A stretch of 64,000 nt of DNA from Eledone cirrhosa (lineage: Eukaryota). The notes beneath the pieces were generated by a model. The model was not told the DNA's origin and searched no databases. It saw only the letters and a list, made by a program, of their open reading frames with translations. Below are positions 1 to 12,900 of the stretch, in pieces. The stretch's first letter is position 1. Every line of letters starts with the position of its first letter. Where the stretch lies: contig OZ024743.1 of the NCBI GenBank assembly GCA_964016885.1, positions 146,506,001 through 146,570,000 on the forward strand. The letters run 5' to 3'. A program made the translations under genes and the position numbers.

Positions 1-65
<65 letters not shown>

Positions 66-68
<3 letters not shown>

Positions 69-347
69 AAGGCAGGGGGCTTAGTAGTTGGAGTATTTGG
101 CCTGTTGTGTCCTTGAGTACTTTTGTTCACATTGCTCTTGTACACTCTGCTGGCAAAAATGAGTTGTACCTGTAATTCAAAGGACCAGTCTTGTCACACT
201 CTGTGTTATGTTGAATCTTCCTAATAACTACATTATGGGCACACATGTCTGTGGAATGCTCAGCCACCTGCATGTTAATTTTACGAGCAAGCTGTTCCAT
301 TGACTGAATCTTCTGGAACACATATTGTCAGAACTGACAGAATGCCA
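66..347 (+). mobile_element. tRNA-derived cephalopod-type SINE, internally deleted head
   Basis: A-box-like GGCTTAGTAGTTGG, then TGTGTCCTTGAG and the body GGCAAAAATGAGTTGTACCTGT...TTAATTTTACGAGCAAGCTGTTCC, recognised as an octopus SINE; follows (TA)n at 1-65. Confidence 0.65.
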
Positions 348-371
348 AAAGAAAATAAATACAAACTTTTG

Positions 372-482
372 CACAAATTCCACTCACAAGCTATTGGGCA
401 ACCTGGGGCTCTATATAGTAGAAGACATTTGAGCAAGTTGATGCACATTGGGATTGAACTAGGGTTGCACTAGGCCATACCT
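372..482 (-). mobile_element. degenerate SINE remnant
   Basis: CAAATTCCACTCACAAG...AGAAGACATTTG...GGGATTGAAC resembles the reverse complement of a cephalopod tRNA-SINE (B-box GTTCAATCCC on minus). Confidence 0.45.
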
Positions 483-1904
483 AAATATATATGAAACTTT
501 GAATCCAAAGATTTAAAAAAATAGCAGGAATAATTTAAACAACCATCTTGAACTTAATATTTCTGAATATTAAATATTTCAAAAGCACGCTTCACCAAAT
601 ATGATTGCACTCTTCTTCAGATCTTTTACATAAGCTCTCATTACACACATATACACACACACACGTCACACACACCCACACATGAACACACACACATGAA
701 CACACACACGAACACACACAAGCAGATACAACACACATACACACACACCACACACATGTACACATAAACACACATGCAGACACAACACACACACACACGC
801 AATACATGCACACATACTCTTAATGCATGCACACAAACACACACACATACACACACACAATGCATACACACAACACATGTATGAAACACACACAGCATAC
901 ACCCTGAACAACACACATACACACCAACACACTCTATCTAATACACATGGTTACAGAGTTATTTATTTATTCATTATTAAATAGTTTTAAACAGACCTCC
1001 ATTCCATATTCTACCGTTGTGCTGGTGTCATTCAAACTACCACATAGAAGACAGGTGGGAGAAAAAATGAAACATTTTTCTGTGATGTAAGATCAATGCA
1101 TTAGTTGTTAGAGGTAGAGTCTCCTCCTCCACCATCACCACCACCACAACTCCCTCTTCTTCTTCTTCTTCTTCTTCTTCTTCTTCTTCTTCTTCTTCTT
1201 CTTCTTCTTCTTGTCTTTTGCTTTTGTCATTCTGATACCTAAATTTCTATTTTTGTCAGTTTTTACTTTTTTCTTTTGTCTATTGTTTCTTTCTTTATGT
1301 TATATCTTTAACCCCCCCCCCCACCCACCACACAAAAAACCCCACCTGAAAACTAAACATAAAAATCTACAAAACAGATGTATCTTTTCCATTTTACAGG
1401 AAATACAAGCCAAAGCTACTTTAAAGTGGTCATACATGATGCATATATGTTGTTCATTTGCTTTTTATTTTGACATGGAAAAAAAAAAACCCAAACCAAA
1501 CAAAACATAAACAAATATACAAAAAAATATCATATCCTCATTATGATCATGAACATCATTTTTGCTGTTGTCATCATCATCTTCATCATCATTAGCATCA
1601 TATTTGTCATCATCATTGTCATGATGATGGTCTTGATTATTTATTTATGTTGTTGTTGTTGTTGTTATAGTTGTAGCCTTTTACTATTAAATACTTGCAT
1701 TTAGCTGATATAAAATTCTTAATCCTGAAACTATTTTGCATTAACCTTTGCAAAGAACAGTGTATACTCGTCAGCATGTCTAGCAAGATATGGAAAACTT
1801 CTCATAAATTCAAATATGTCCTCACTCCTATCACTTCATCCTTAACACTTTGGTTTGCATTCATTCTCTATCCACATATGATACACTAATTTACTTAGTC
1901 ATCC

Positions 1905-2680
1905 CAACTACCACTACTGCCACCACCACCACCACCACCAGCACCAGCACTACCAGCAGCAGCAGAACCACCACCACCACCACCAGCAGCAGCAGAACAA
2001 CCACCACCACCACCACCACCAGCACCAGAACCACCACCACCACCACCACCACCACCACCTGCACTACCACCACCAGCACCAGAACGACCACCACCAGCAC
2101 CACCACTACCAGCCCCACTGCAGCCAGCACCACCACTACAGCCGCTACCACCATCACCACCACCATCACCACCACTTGCACCAGCACCACCACCACCAGC
2201 ATCACCAGCACCACCACCACCAGCACCACCAGCACCACCAGCACCACCAACACCACCAGCTCCACCACCAGCACCACCACCACCGCCACCGCCACCACCA
2301 GTACCACCACCACCAGCACCATCACCACCAGCACCACTACCACCATCACCACCACCACCACCACCACCACCACCACCACCACCACCACCACCATCACCAT
2401 CACCATCACCACCACCACCACCACCACTAGCACCACCACCACCACCACCACCACCACCACCACTAGCACCACCACCACCACCACCACCACCACCATCACC
2501 ATCACCACCACCACCACCACCACTAGCACCACCACCACCACCACCACCACCAGCACCACCACTAGCACCACCACCACCGCAGCTGCCACCACCACCACCA
2601 CCACCACCACCACCACCAGCACTACTACCACCACCACCACCACCACCACCACCAGTACCAGCACCACTACCACCATCATT
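1905..2680. repeat. (ACC)n/(AGC) trinucleotide microsatellite field
   Basis: about 770 bp of CAC/CCA repeats; source of the poly-T/H/V pseudo-ORFs. Confidence 0.95.
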
Positions 2681-3489
2681 ATTATTTTTTCTTTCATCAT
2701 ATTATCATCATTAGTAGTAGTATTAGTACCATTACCGTATATATTTTTTATGGCTAAGCTCTTTGCGTTTCACAGAGAAACAGATACATCATCACTGGTA
2801 AGCTGGCTTTATATTTTTTTACAGTATCAAACTATTATTTATAGAGCATCGGATGTCTTATTCTCATCATCAACATTTGTATTTATATTAAGTCAAATAA
2901 AAGCAGTTCTTAATCTGTTAGTAACAACAAGTCTTTTCATTCCACAAAAAACAGAATCCCCAAAATAACACCAACAGACAGAGCAGAAGTAGATATATTA
3001 TATTATAATCCAATATCTATCTATCTATGTATTTATGTATTTCTCTCCCTCTCTCTCTATATAAACATATACATACATATACACACATATCATCATCATC
3101 ATCACTGTTAACTACCCCCCACTAACACCACTCACTTCTTCCCACCTCAGCGGCCATCATCCTTCACTCCCAATGACCTTACAGAAACACCTTGCACTCT
3201 ACCACCATCACACCTTGTATCTACTACTACTACAACACACACACACAAATGCTGCCACCACAGCTCCCTACCAACTGCGTGTGCGACCACCTCCTCCTTC
3301 CCTCCACTTCTGATCTGACCAAACCATCCTTGGCTTCATTGTAATGAGTTCTTAACCACTGCTGAGAGAAGAGCTGAGCATAAAAGAAACTGAATGTTCC
3401 ATGCAAGACAGATATTTGTGATACATAAAGAGAGGTAGAATTGTATAAGAAATATTCAAGAGCTTGAAGAGGATGTAACCTGAGGAAGA

Positions 3490-3578
3490 GAGAGACCATA
3501 TACTGAAATTGTGAGAGACCATACACTGAAATTGTGAGAGACCATACACTGAAATTGTGAGAGACCATACACTGAAAT
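3490..3578. repeat. 23-bp tandem repeat x4
   Basis: GAGAGACCATACACTGAAATTGT at 3490, 3513, 3536 and 3559. Confidence 0.9.
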
Positions 3579-3839
3579 GCATGGAACCTGTTGAAGAAGA
3601 ACAGGGGCTGAAGTTATGAAGAGTGACCTCAAGAATCTGAACATGAAAAAGGAGCTGACTAGCAATATGCTATAAAACAAACAACTTGGCCACTAGAACA
3701 AGCATTGCAACACTAAATGTGGTGAGAGACCAGAGACTACAGTCATAATGATCAAGTGGGGACATTATCAGATTTAAGAGGGCTTGTCAGTCTGGACAAG
3801 CATGCGAAAACCTCCCTAGTGCTAGTCCCATGTCATAAT

Positions 3840-4022
3840 TGTTTCTACTTTTGGCACAAGGCCAGCAATTATCCCAGTGCATTACTGGTACTTTATTTTG
3901 TCGACCCCGTAAGGATGAAAGGCAAAGTTAATCTCGGCAGGATTTGAACTCATATCATAAAGGGCCGTAACTCTACGCTGTAAAGCATGGCGTCCGACAC
4001 TCTACTGATACTGTCAATCCAC
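3840..4022 (-). mobile_element. tRNA-derived SINE (same family as 57668-57885)
   Basis: reverse complement contains the B-box GAGTTCAAATCC, CTTTGCCTTTCATCC, AAAATAAAGTACCAGTAATGCACTGG and GGCCTTGTGCCAAAAGTAGAAA. Confidence 0.75.
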
Positions 4023-4039
4023 TTCTCTTGTCATAATGC

Positions 4040-4277
4040 ATCCAGTACACCCTGTAAAGAGTTGGTGCCACAATAAAATGCATCCAATACATCCTCTGTA
4101 AAGAGGAAGTGGCAGTGCCATGAAAGAAAAAATCAGCAGGTGGTTTTAGGTGGTGGATATTAGTAAGGGCATCTCTCCATAGAAACCATGCCAAATATGG
4201 AACATATGAGCAAGTTGAGATCGTTTGGTCCAACCAATACCAACATGGAAAGCAGATGTAAAAAAATGATGATGATA
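4040..4277 (+). mobile_element. RTE-type LINE/SINE 3' tail ending in (GAT)n
   Basis: AAGGGCATC...CATGGAAAGCAGATGTAAA-(ATG)n, homologous to the tail at 20143-20366. Confidence 0.55.
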
Positions 4278-4530
4278 TATGGGGCAATTATGTGCTATAT
4301 AAAAAAAAATGCATTTCTTTATAGACTTATCTATGTATGTAGAATGATATGCAAAAACTCCTTGAAACCCTGTTTTAATCCTGACATGAGCTACACACAG
4401 GCATAAACACACATAACTTCCATAATAAAGTTTTAGATAAAATGTGGGGTGAGATGAAATACACACACACATGTATATATAAAAAGAAAGAGAGAGAGAG
4501 ATGAAGTGTATATATATATATATATATATA

Positions 4531-4732
4531 GGAACGAGTAGGACCCCGACGGCTGAGCTCAAGTAATTCTGGACTAAATGAAAATTTTCATTTAGTCCAG
4601 AATTAGCCGTCGAAACGGCTTCAGCTCAGCCGTCGGGGTCCTACTCGTTCCTATTACCCACTCTACTACCCTAAGTATTGAGTACTTTGGTGCGTTATGG
4701 TCCACCTGGTTCCTTACCACATTTCCTTCGTT
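4531..4732 (+). mobile_element. fold-back non-autonomous element (PLE pLTR-like) in (TA)n
   Basis: 29-bp arms at 4531-4559 and 4623-4651, inner 42-bp palindrome at 4564-4605 and an about 80-bp tail; relatives at 17512, 40563 and 62701. Confidence 0.7.
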
Positions 4733-4874
4733 ATATATATATATATATATGTGTATATATATATCAGTGGCAAAGGGTAACCTGGAAAGCAGGGCTGTGC
4801 AGCCTTACCCCCCCCCCCCCCAATTCCCTTTAAATGAGCCTCCTGGTCAAAAAGCCGCATGTAGTGTTATCTAG

Positions 4875-5074
4875 TGTGTGTGTGTGTGTGTGTGTATGTG
4901 TTATCTTTTTATGTGTCTACGATTTAGCAAGCAGCCAAAATTCTGTTTGCTTCAACCAACGCTGTCGTATGTTTGTGTGTGTGTGTGTGTGTGTTATCTT
5001 TTTATATGTCTACGATTTAGTAAGCAGCCAAAATTCTGCTTGCTTCAACCGACGGTGTCATCTCTTTGTGTGTA

Positions 5075-5126
<52 letters not shown>

Positions 5127-5183
5127 CTTTTTATGTGTCTACGATTTAGTAAGCAGCCAAAATTCTGCTTGCTTCAACCAACG
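4875..5183. repeat. three tandem about 65-bp units separated by (GT)n
   Basis: GTTATCTTTTTATGTGTCTACGATTTAG(C/T)AAGCAGCCAAAATTCTG..TGCTTCAACC repeated three times. Confidence 0.9.
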
Positions 5184-5256
5184 CAATTGATCAACTCAAG
5201 ATTCTATAACGCATGCACTGCATGAGTTGCATGCAGTCACCCTTCGCTCCTGATAT

Positions 5257-5365
<109 letters not shown>

Positions 5366-5530
5366 TATATCCATATATATAGTTGAAAATATACGAACAG
5401 AACACAGGAGGCAATTGTACATAGTTATATTAGGTTCACGCTTGGTGGGAGTGGAGGAGGTATATATATGTATATATATCTATATATATACATATATATA
5501 TATATGTATATATATGTATATATATGTATG

Positions 5531-5595
<65 letters not shown>

Positions 5596-6295
5596 GCCTA
5601 TACATATATATATGTACCCGTAAAATGATGATGATGATGATGATAATATATATATATATATAGGGCTGTTGGCTTCATTAAACCACCCCATCTCTCACGT
5701 TAATCATTCTGCTATGAGGCATCACTTATCATTTCCCACATGTCCACTGTCTTCTTTGTTCATGGTTCTTTTATCTTTCCTACAGTGCATGTAAAGGTGC
5801 ATGTATAGGTGTGTGTATGCAGGTGGGTGCAAGAGTTTGTATGAGTCAGTGTATGTGTGTGTGTGTATGCATATATCAGTGTGTTTGTTTGTATATAATG
5901 GCATGCATATCGAAGTGTATGTATGCCCAGTGTATATGCATGCATGTGTGTTTGCATGTGTCAGTGTATTCCTGTGCAAAAGTGTGTACAGGTGTGATTG
6001 TATGTATTTCTGTGACTATTTCTATGTATCACTGTCTACATATGTGTGTGTGTATATATACTTGTTAGTGTGTAAATGTGTAACCATTTGTATGTCCTTT
6101 TTGTATTAATTCCTTACTTTTGAGACCTTGCTAAGGAACTATTTTAAGAAGTCTCTGTAATCACTCTCATAATATCTAATGGATTCCACAGGCACTTATG
6201 TGTACGTTTGTAAAAGTACACAAACACACACATCATACATAAATTCATGCATACATACATATATACACATAGACATGCAAACACATATATATGTA

Positions 6296-6381
<86 letters not shown>

Positions 6382-6383
<2 letters not shown>

Positions 6384-7072
6384 ATCATCATCATCATCGT
6401 TTAACGTCTATCTTCCATGCTAGCATGAGTTAGACGGGAGTTGTCCCACTTGAGGCAAGATCGGTCGGGTGACCGTGCCTCGCTCGTATATGGCTATCTG
6501 GCAGGTTTTCTACGGCTGGATGCCCTTTCTAACACCAACCACATTTATAGTGTGGACTGGGAGCTTTTTACTGTGTTGCCTACACAACCACATTACATCA
6601 TGGACTGTGTGTTTTTTTTTGTCGTGACACCTACATGACCTCATTAGTTTGGACTGGATGTTGTGGTACCAACATAACTTTACAGAGAAAGGGTGGTGTT
6701 AGAGGGAAGGGAGGATGGAGTGTGGTATTGGGTTGGGGTGTATGTTTGGTTTGGAGGGGCCTACTGACTGTAGGTTAACTTTGCACATAGGGAAGGTAGG
6801 TCTTCTGTAATACTGCCTGGAGTCAAAGATCTCGATCCAGTGACATTTTCTTAGAGAAGTGGAAGTGTTCAAGGTCGGACTTTATCATGTTGTCCCAGGT
6901 TTTTCTGGGTCTACCTACTCCGTAACTTCCATCAATTTTGATCGCCCTGCACTTTTTTATACAGCTGTCGTCTTTCATGCGCATCACATGACCATACCAA
7001 CGTAGTCTTCTCTTGAGTAAACAGCATCTGATCCCACTTATTCCTAATTTCTCACTTAGTTCATTTATGTCT
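6382..7072 (-). mobile_element. RTE-clade LINE 3' fragment
   Basis: ORF 6823..7092 RRLRWYGHVMRM...GRPRKTW (RTE C-terminus), then a 3' UTR ending in (GAT)n. Confidence 0.85.
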
Positions 7073-7079
7073 ATATATA

Positions 7080-8383
7080 CAGGGTGGGGCATAATTCCTG
7101 TTACAAAGTTTTAAATTAATTTAAAAATACATTATGTTGCTAATATAACTAATATATTTGTATAAAATCCATGCACTATAACCATATTAACTATTTTTCA
7201 GAACATTATGCCATTAACAATTTGCAATGTCCATAGAATTGAAAAGAAAGTTCATAATAGAGAAGCATGAAAAAGGCCTGACTCCACCCAAGATATTTAA
7301 ACTGGGGAAAATTCTTAAGATCAATAGAATGTAGATCAAAAGGACAATCGATCGATTTAAGGAAACTTCCTCGACCAAAGACAGACCTCAATCCGGACGC
7401 CCTCGCACCTCAAGAACACCAAAACTCGTTAAAAGTGCGAGGGAAAAAAATAAGGTGTAATCCAAGAAGGTCCATGATAAAAATGGCAGAAGAAGCAGAA
7501 ACATCGCCAAGAACTATGCGGAGGATATGTCGAGATGATCTGGGGATGTCACCTTATAAGTTCCAAAAGAGGCAGCTTCTTTCTGCAGACACAATTGAAA
7601 AGTGGCTCTCCAGAAGTAAACTGTTATTGACCCGTATCAAGGATGGCATGCTGCAAAACATCATCTTTACAGATGAGAATTTATTCACTGTGCAACAGTC
7701 TCACAATCATCAAAATGATCGAGTTCTTGCAAAAAGTCTCAAATCAATTCCTTCAAGTGTAGGAAAAGTGTTCAGAACACAGAAACCAGCATGAGTGATG
7801 GTTTGAGCAGCCATTTCTGAAAGAGGGAAGTCTCCTCTGACCTTTGTGCCTCAAGGAGTTAAAATTAACAAAGAACTTTACATAAAGGATATTTTGGAAG
7901 GAGCACTGATGCCATGGTGCACATCTGTTTATGGCGATGACATTTGGACTCTCCAACAAGATGGACCGACGAGCCACACTGCTCGGGTAACACAACAGTG
8001 GTGTAGAGACCATAGTCCTGCATGGATCAGTAAGGAAGAGTGGCCTCCCACATCACCAGATCTCAACTCTCGATTTTTCTTTATGGTCAATTCTTGAGAG
8101 TGAAGCCTGCTCTACTCCTAGCCAAAATATTGAAACTCTAAAATCAAAACTGAATAACGTATGGGAGAAAATACCCATGGAAACTGTTCGTGCAGCCATC
8201 GAAGACTTTCCTAGAAGACTTCGAACAGTAGTGAGAGCTAGAGGAAAGCATTTCGAATAAATTTTTGTGCAGTTGTTTAATAGTATATTACTTACTATCT
8301 GTTGAAGTCAGATCTTGAAATAAATGTTTTTTTTCAAGAACTATTTGCATTTTATTTTGTAACAGTTTTTATGCCCCACCCTA
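7080..8383 (+). mobile_element. Tc1/mariner DNA transposon, DD37D (maT-like)
   Basis: TIRs CAGGGTGGGGCATAATTCCTGTTACAAA (7080-7107) and TTTGTAACAGTTTTTATGCCCCACCCTA (8356-8383); TA on both flanks. Confidence 0.92.
7228..8260 (+). pseudogene. disrupted DD37D transposase
   Basis: IIFTDE, QQDG..H, WPPTSPDLN motifs in ORFs 7435..7794 and 7846..8097; in-frame stops near 7792 and 7804, frameshift near 8068; start approximate. Confidence 0.88.
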
Positions 8384-8436
8384 TATATATATATATATAC
8401 ACACATATATATATATATATACATATATATAATGTA

Positions 8437-8591
<155 letters not shown>

Positions 8592-8636
8592 AGATAGATA
8601 AATATACACGGGTGTGTATGATTGTGTATAGAAGAT

Positions 8637-9233
8637 TATATTAATAAAAGGAATTCCAACTTTGTCTGATTTACTCGTTTTATTTACAATCCTTTAAAAT
8701 TTATAATGGTATTAGAATGAAATAATATGGTAGAATATTAAATGTTAAGTGTTAATTGAACAAGTACATTCATGCTTTCGCAATCTTCAGGTTCATAATG
8801 TGTGGTGACAGTCAAGTTTGTAATTTTCAACTGTAATGAGATGGGTAAATTTTGTGCCTTATATACAGTGAAAAGTGGCTCCAGAATGCTAAATCTTGCA
8901 AACTGTATTTCGACCAATCGGTGTGTAGTTTCACTGAATTACTAAAGCTGATTGGTTTAGGTGTCACGGTTGGTTGAGCATGTCTAAAGACTACTAATTG
9001 ATCCTATTCAAAGCATCAATTGTTTGGCTATTTTTAGAAATGATGAAAATAGCATACTAGAAAATGCTATTTTCATCATTTCTAAAAATAGCAAAACAAT
9101 TGATGCTTTGAATAGGATCAATTAACACTTAACATTTAATATTCTACCATACTATTTCATTCTAATACCATTATAAATTTTAAAGGATTGTAAATAAAAC
9201 AAAGTATATCAGACAAAGTTGGAATTCCTTTTA

Positions 9234-9238
<5 letters not shown>
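8637..9238 (-). mobile_element. solo/fold-back pLTR of the Neptune-like PLE at 40676-42490
   Basis: 8637-9050 is the reverse complement of about 42070-42490; about 120-bp terminal inverted repeats; internal hairpin about 8996-9123. Confidence 0.85.
8757..8795 (-). ncRNA. minimal hammerhead ribozyme, core GAAA mutated to GAAT
   Basis: rc: TGAAC-CTGAAGA-TTGCGAAAGCAT-GAAT-GTAC-TT-GTTCA; copy of 42332-42370. Confidence 0.7.
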
Positions 9239-9317
<79 letters not shown>

Positions 9318-9337
9318 CAAATACATATATATGTATA

Positions 9338-9790
9338 TCATCATCAACATCATCAACGTTTTACGTCCATTTTTCCATGTTAGTATGGGTTAGACGAGTT
9401 GTCCTGTTGTGCAATGCCAGGTCAGGTGACCATGTCTTGCTCCATATATATATATGTGTTTTGGATGACCCGTCTAATCCATGCAAGCATGGAAATGGAT
9501 GTTAAACAGTAATGATGAGGATGATGATATATATATATGTATATGCTTGCATGGATTAGACAGGTCATCCACAACATGAGACAAGTCTGGCCAGATTGGC
9601 CGTGCTGTACCTTGCTCAGACGGAACTATAAATATTTGGCTCAGATTTTTACAGCTGGATGCCCTTCTTAACACCAACCACAGTGTGAAACTGAATGGCA
9701 CTGTTTTGAGTGGGGACAGGTCAGTTGGCCACGCCGTACCCTGCTCACAATGGAGCCATAGTTTGGGAGACATATCCACATTTAAAGTGT
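9338..9790. mobile_element. cluster of RTE-type 3' tail fragments in both orientations
   Basis: (CAT)n..TTTACGTCCAT..CCATG..GCATGGGTTAGAC motif on minus (9338, 9545) and on plus (9460-9528). Confidence 0.65.
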
Positions 9791-10023
9791 GGAATCAGAT
9801 GGCACCATTATGAGGAGGGGGAGGCCAGTTGGCTGTGCTGAACCCTGCTCACGGCAAAACCATAGTTTGAGAGCTGGGTGGTCCCACTATGAGGGAGGTA
9901 TGGCCAATTGACTGCACCAAGTCTTACACATAGTGGAGCCGTGTTACTTGAAAGTCTGACCAGATGGCTCTGCTGTACATTGCATAATATCGAGACTGTT
10001 GCTATGATGCTGGATCTTGGTGG

Positions 10024-10079
<56 letters not shown>

Positions 10080-10378
10080 TAAATCATGTCTTTAGAATCA
10101 CTAGATATAATATATACCATTTCCTCTCCCAATTAGCATAATTAACCATATAAAAAATCAATTAGACCAAGCTATAAGAATAAAGGCTCCTATGAAGAAA
10201 TCTTCGACAAATAACCGAAAGCAGCCTCTTCGCGGTGGCCACGATAGAGTATTTATCCAACATTTCGACAGCATGTAGAAATCAACCAGATATACCGTCA
10301 ACTAAACACAATTAGGTGTAAATTCAAACTTAGAAGAAATGCGTACATACCTTAATTACCTCTACCATGGTTTCGTCC

Positions 10379-10426
<48 letters not shown>

Positions 10427-10444
10427 ATATATATATATTATATA

Positions 10445-11383
10445 CTAGCTGGCCCGTCCGGCTGGTGCCCAGCTACCATTGTCGTGTTCTACGGCATCCA
10501 GATATCTTTATTTATATAGCTGATATACCTAGCTTCGCTTGGATAAACAGACGATACGCCATCTGTGTAGCATAGTATTTACTGTTGAAAATATATATTA
10601 TAGTATAGTATTACTGTTGAAAATATATAGTATAGTACAGTATTACTGTTTAAAATATATAGTATAATATTACTGTTGAAATATATAGTACAGTATTACT
10701 GTTGAAAATATATAGTATAGTATTATTGTTGAAAATATATAGTTTAGTACAGTATTACTGTTGAAAATATATAGTATAGTATCATGGTTGAAAATATATA
10801 GTACAGTATTACTGTTGAAAATATATAGTATAGTATTACTGTTGAAAATATATAGTATAGCACAGTATTACTGTTGAAAATATATAGTATAATATTACTT
10901 TTGAAAACATAAAGTATAGTACAGTATTACTGTTGAAAATATATAGTGTAGCACAGTATTACTGTTGAAAATATATAGTATAGCACAGTATTACTGTTGA
11001 AAATATATAGTGTAGCACAGTATTACTGTTGAAAATATATAGTATAGCACAGTATTACTGTTGAAAATATATAGTATAATATTACTTTTGAAAACATAAA
11101 GTATAGTACAGTATTACTGTTGAAAATATATAGTGTAGCACAGTATTACTGTTGAAAATATATAGTATAGCACAGTATTACTGTTGAAAATATATAGTGT
11201 AGCACAGTATTACTGTTGAAAATATATAGTATAGCACAGTATTACTATTGAAAATATGTAGTACAGTATTACTGTTGAAAAGATATAGTGTAGTACAGTA
11301 TTACTGTTGAAAATATATAGTATAGTATTACTGTTGAAAATATGTAGTACAGTATTACTGTTGAAAATATGTACACCAATATA

Positions 11384-11458
<75 letters not shown>

Positions 11459-11802
11459 TTAAAAGTTGGTTAGAAGTGAAGTCAATGGAGACAGGCAGAC
11501 ATACCAACAGATATTATAAGGGCATGACGTTATAGCTATGTATCTATCTAAAAAGACAGAGTAAGAAAGAGAGAGGAATGTCGTATTATATATATCAAAT
11601 ATAATAAAGTACCAGCAATGTACTGGGTTAATTGTTGGCCTTGTGCCAAAAGTAGAAAAAATTATACTTCTTTTTTATGCAGCTGTAAATAACATGTTTA
11701 TGTATGTTTATATACGTATATATACGTATAAAGGAATGCTGTAATAAAATGTACAAATTAAACTGTCTCTTATTTATGATACTAACACTATATATATACA
11801 CG

Positions 11803-11865
<63 letters not shown>

Positions 11866-12253
11866 CACTATATATATATACATATACACACACACACACA
11901 GATAGTGAAGTCAATGTACAGAATGGTTTTCGTAATGCAGACAGCCAGACATACAGAAACATATTATAAGGGCGTGACATTATAGCTATGTATCTATCTA
12001 AAAAGACAGACTAAGAAAGAGAGAGGAATGTCGTATAACCGGAAGTGTTGACATTTGAAAATTTTAAAGAAGTGAATATTTAAATAAACAACAAAATATC
12101 TTTAATCTTTTAACGAAATTTAGAAGACAAAAATACCCTCACTTTCTTACTTGGAGAAAGTTACATCTATGGTGCAAATTTGGTGCCGTTTCATTCAGCC
12201 GTTTGGAGAAAAGTTTGTTACATACATACGGCCGTCAGCTTTATTAATATAGA
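10445..12253 (-). mobile_element. non-autonomous Helitron(s)
   Basis: minus-strand 5' end TCTATATTAATAAAG at 12253; 3' GC-rich hairpin plus CTAG|T at 10445; second 3'-like hairpin near 10520-10545; about 100-bp internal duplication (11484 vs 11904). Confidence 0.7.
10572..11372. repeat. 26-31-bp AT-rich minisatellite inside the Helitron
   Basis: (TAGTATAGCA)CAGTATTACTGTTGAAAATATA, more than 25 copies. Confidence 0.95.
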
Positions 12254-12348
12254 TATATCATATATTTATATATAATATATAATACATATATAATATATAA
12301 TAAATATTATATACATATATAATAAATATTATATACATATATAATATT

Positions 12349-12517
12349 GGGAGCCCCTACATGGACACACTAGAAAAGGAAGACCAAGGTTAACGTATGT
12401 TGATGCCCTAAGGACAGACACTGGTCTATTGGAGACGCAGGACATGGCAGCGATAATGAGGGACAGAGACCGCTGGCGAGAACTCGTCCATGGATCTCGG
12501 GAATTTTACCCGCCTTA
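12349..12517 (+). mobile_element. RTE-type LINE 3' end (family of 59996-60346)
   Basis: encodes WEPLHGHTRKGRPRLTYVDALRTDTGL...DRDRWRELV. Confidence 0.8.
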
Positions 12518-12547
12518 GAATAGAGAATACATATATAATACACATAA

Positions 12548-12900
12548 TTCTTCTTCTTCTTCTTGTGGCAGAGTTCTCAAACACTCCTTCCAGCAGGTCC
12601 CGTCAGAAGCAACCGTCTCTATCTGATTCGGCTAGATCTCCAAGCAAGACCAGCCAAGCTCATGGATGTTATCCAACTATGTTGCTGAGGGTCAACACTT
12701 GGGTCACTTGCCGGTTGGCTTTTGCCTGTAAAAATCTGTCCAGCAATGTTTTCCTGAGACATTCTAACCACATGCCTGTAGTATCGGTGCTGTGATCTCT
12801 CAATTCAGAGAAGTAGCGACTCTACCTGAAGTGACTCTCTGATCTCTGAGCTATGCACTCTATTGAGTAACATTACTCCAAAGAACCCCACTTTGGCTGC
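12548..12900 (-). mobile_element. decayed RTE-like LINE 3' end with (GAA)n tail
   Basis: minus strand gives LDNIHELGWSCLEI..QIETVASD..CWK-like C-terminus followed by AAGAAGAAG. Confidence 0.45.

Noticed and set aside
560-625. minus-strand CTGAAGA...GAAA hammerhead-like match
   Set aside because: Stem I does not pair and stem II is out of register.
1725-1850. minus-strand peptide EDIFEFMRSFPYLARHADEY resembling a SAM-domain start
   Set aside because: Upstream in-frame stop, poor splice signals and too short to support.
1850-2968. 372-aa Thr-rich mucin-like ORF
   Set aside because: Translation of an (ACC)n microsatellite; open in several frames and on both strands, non-ATG start.
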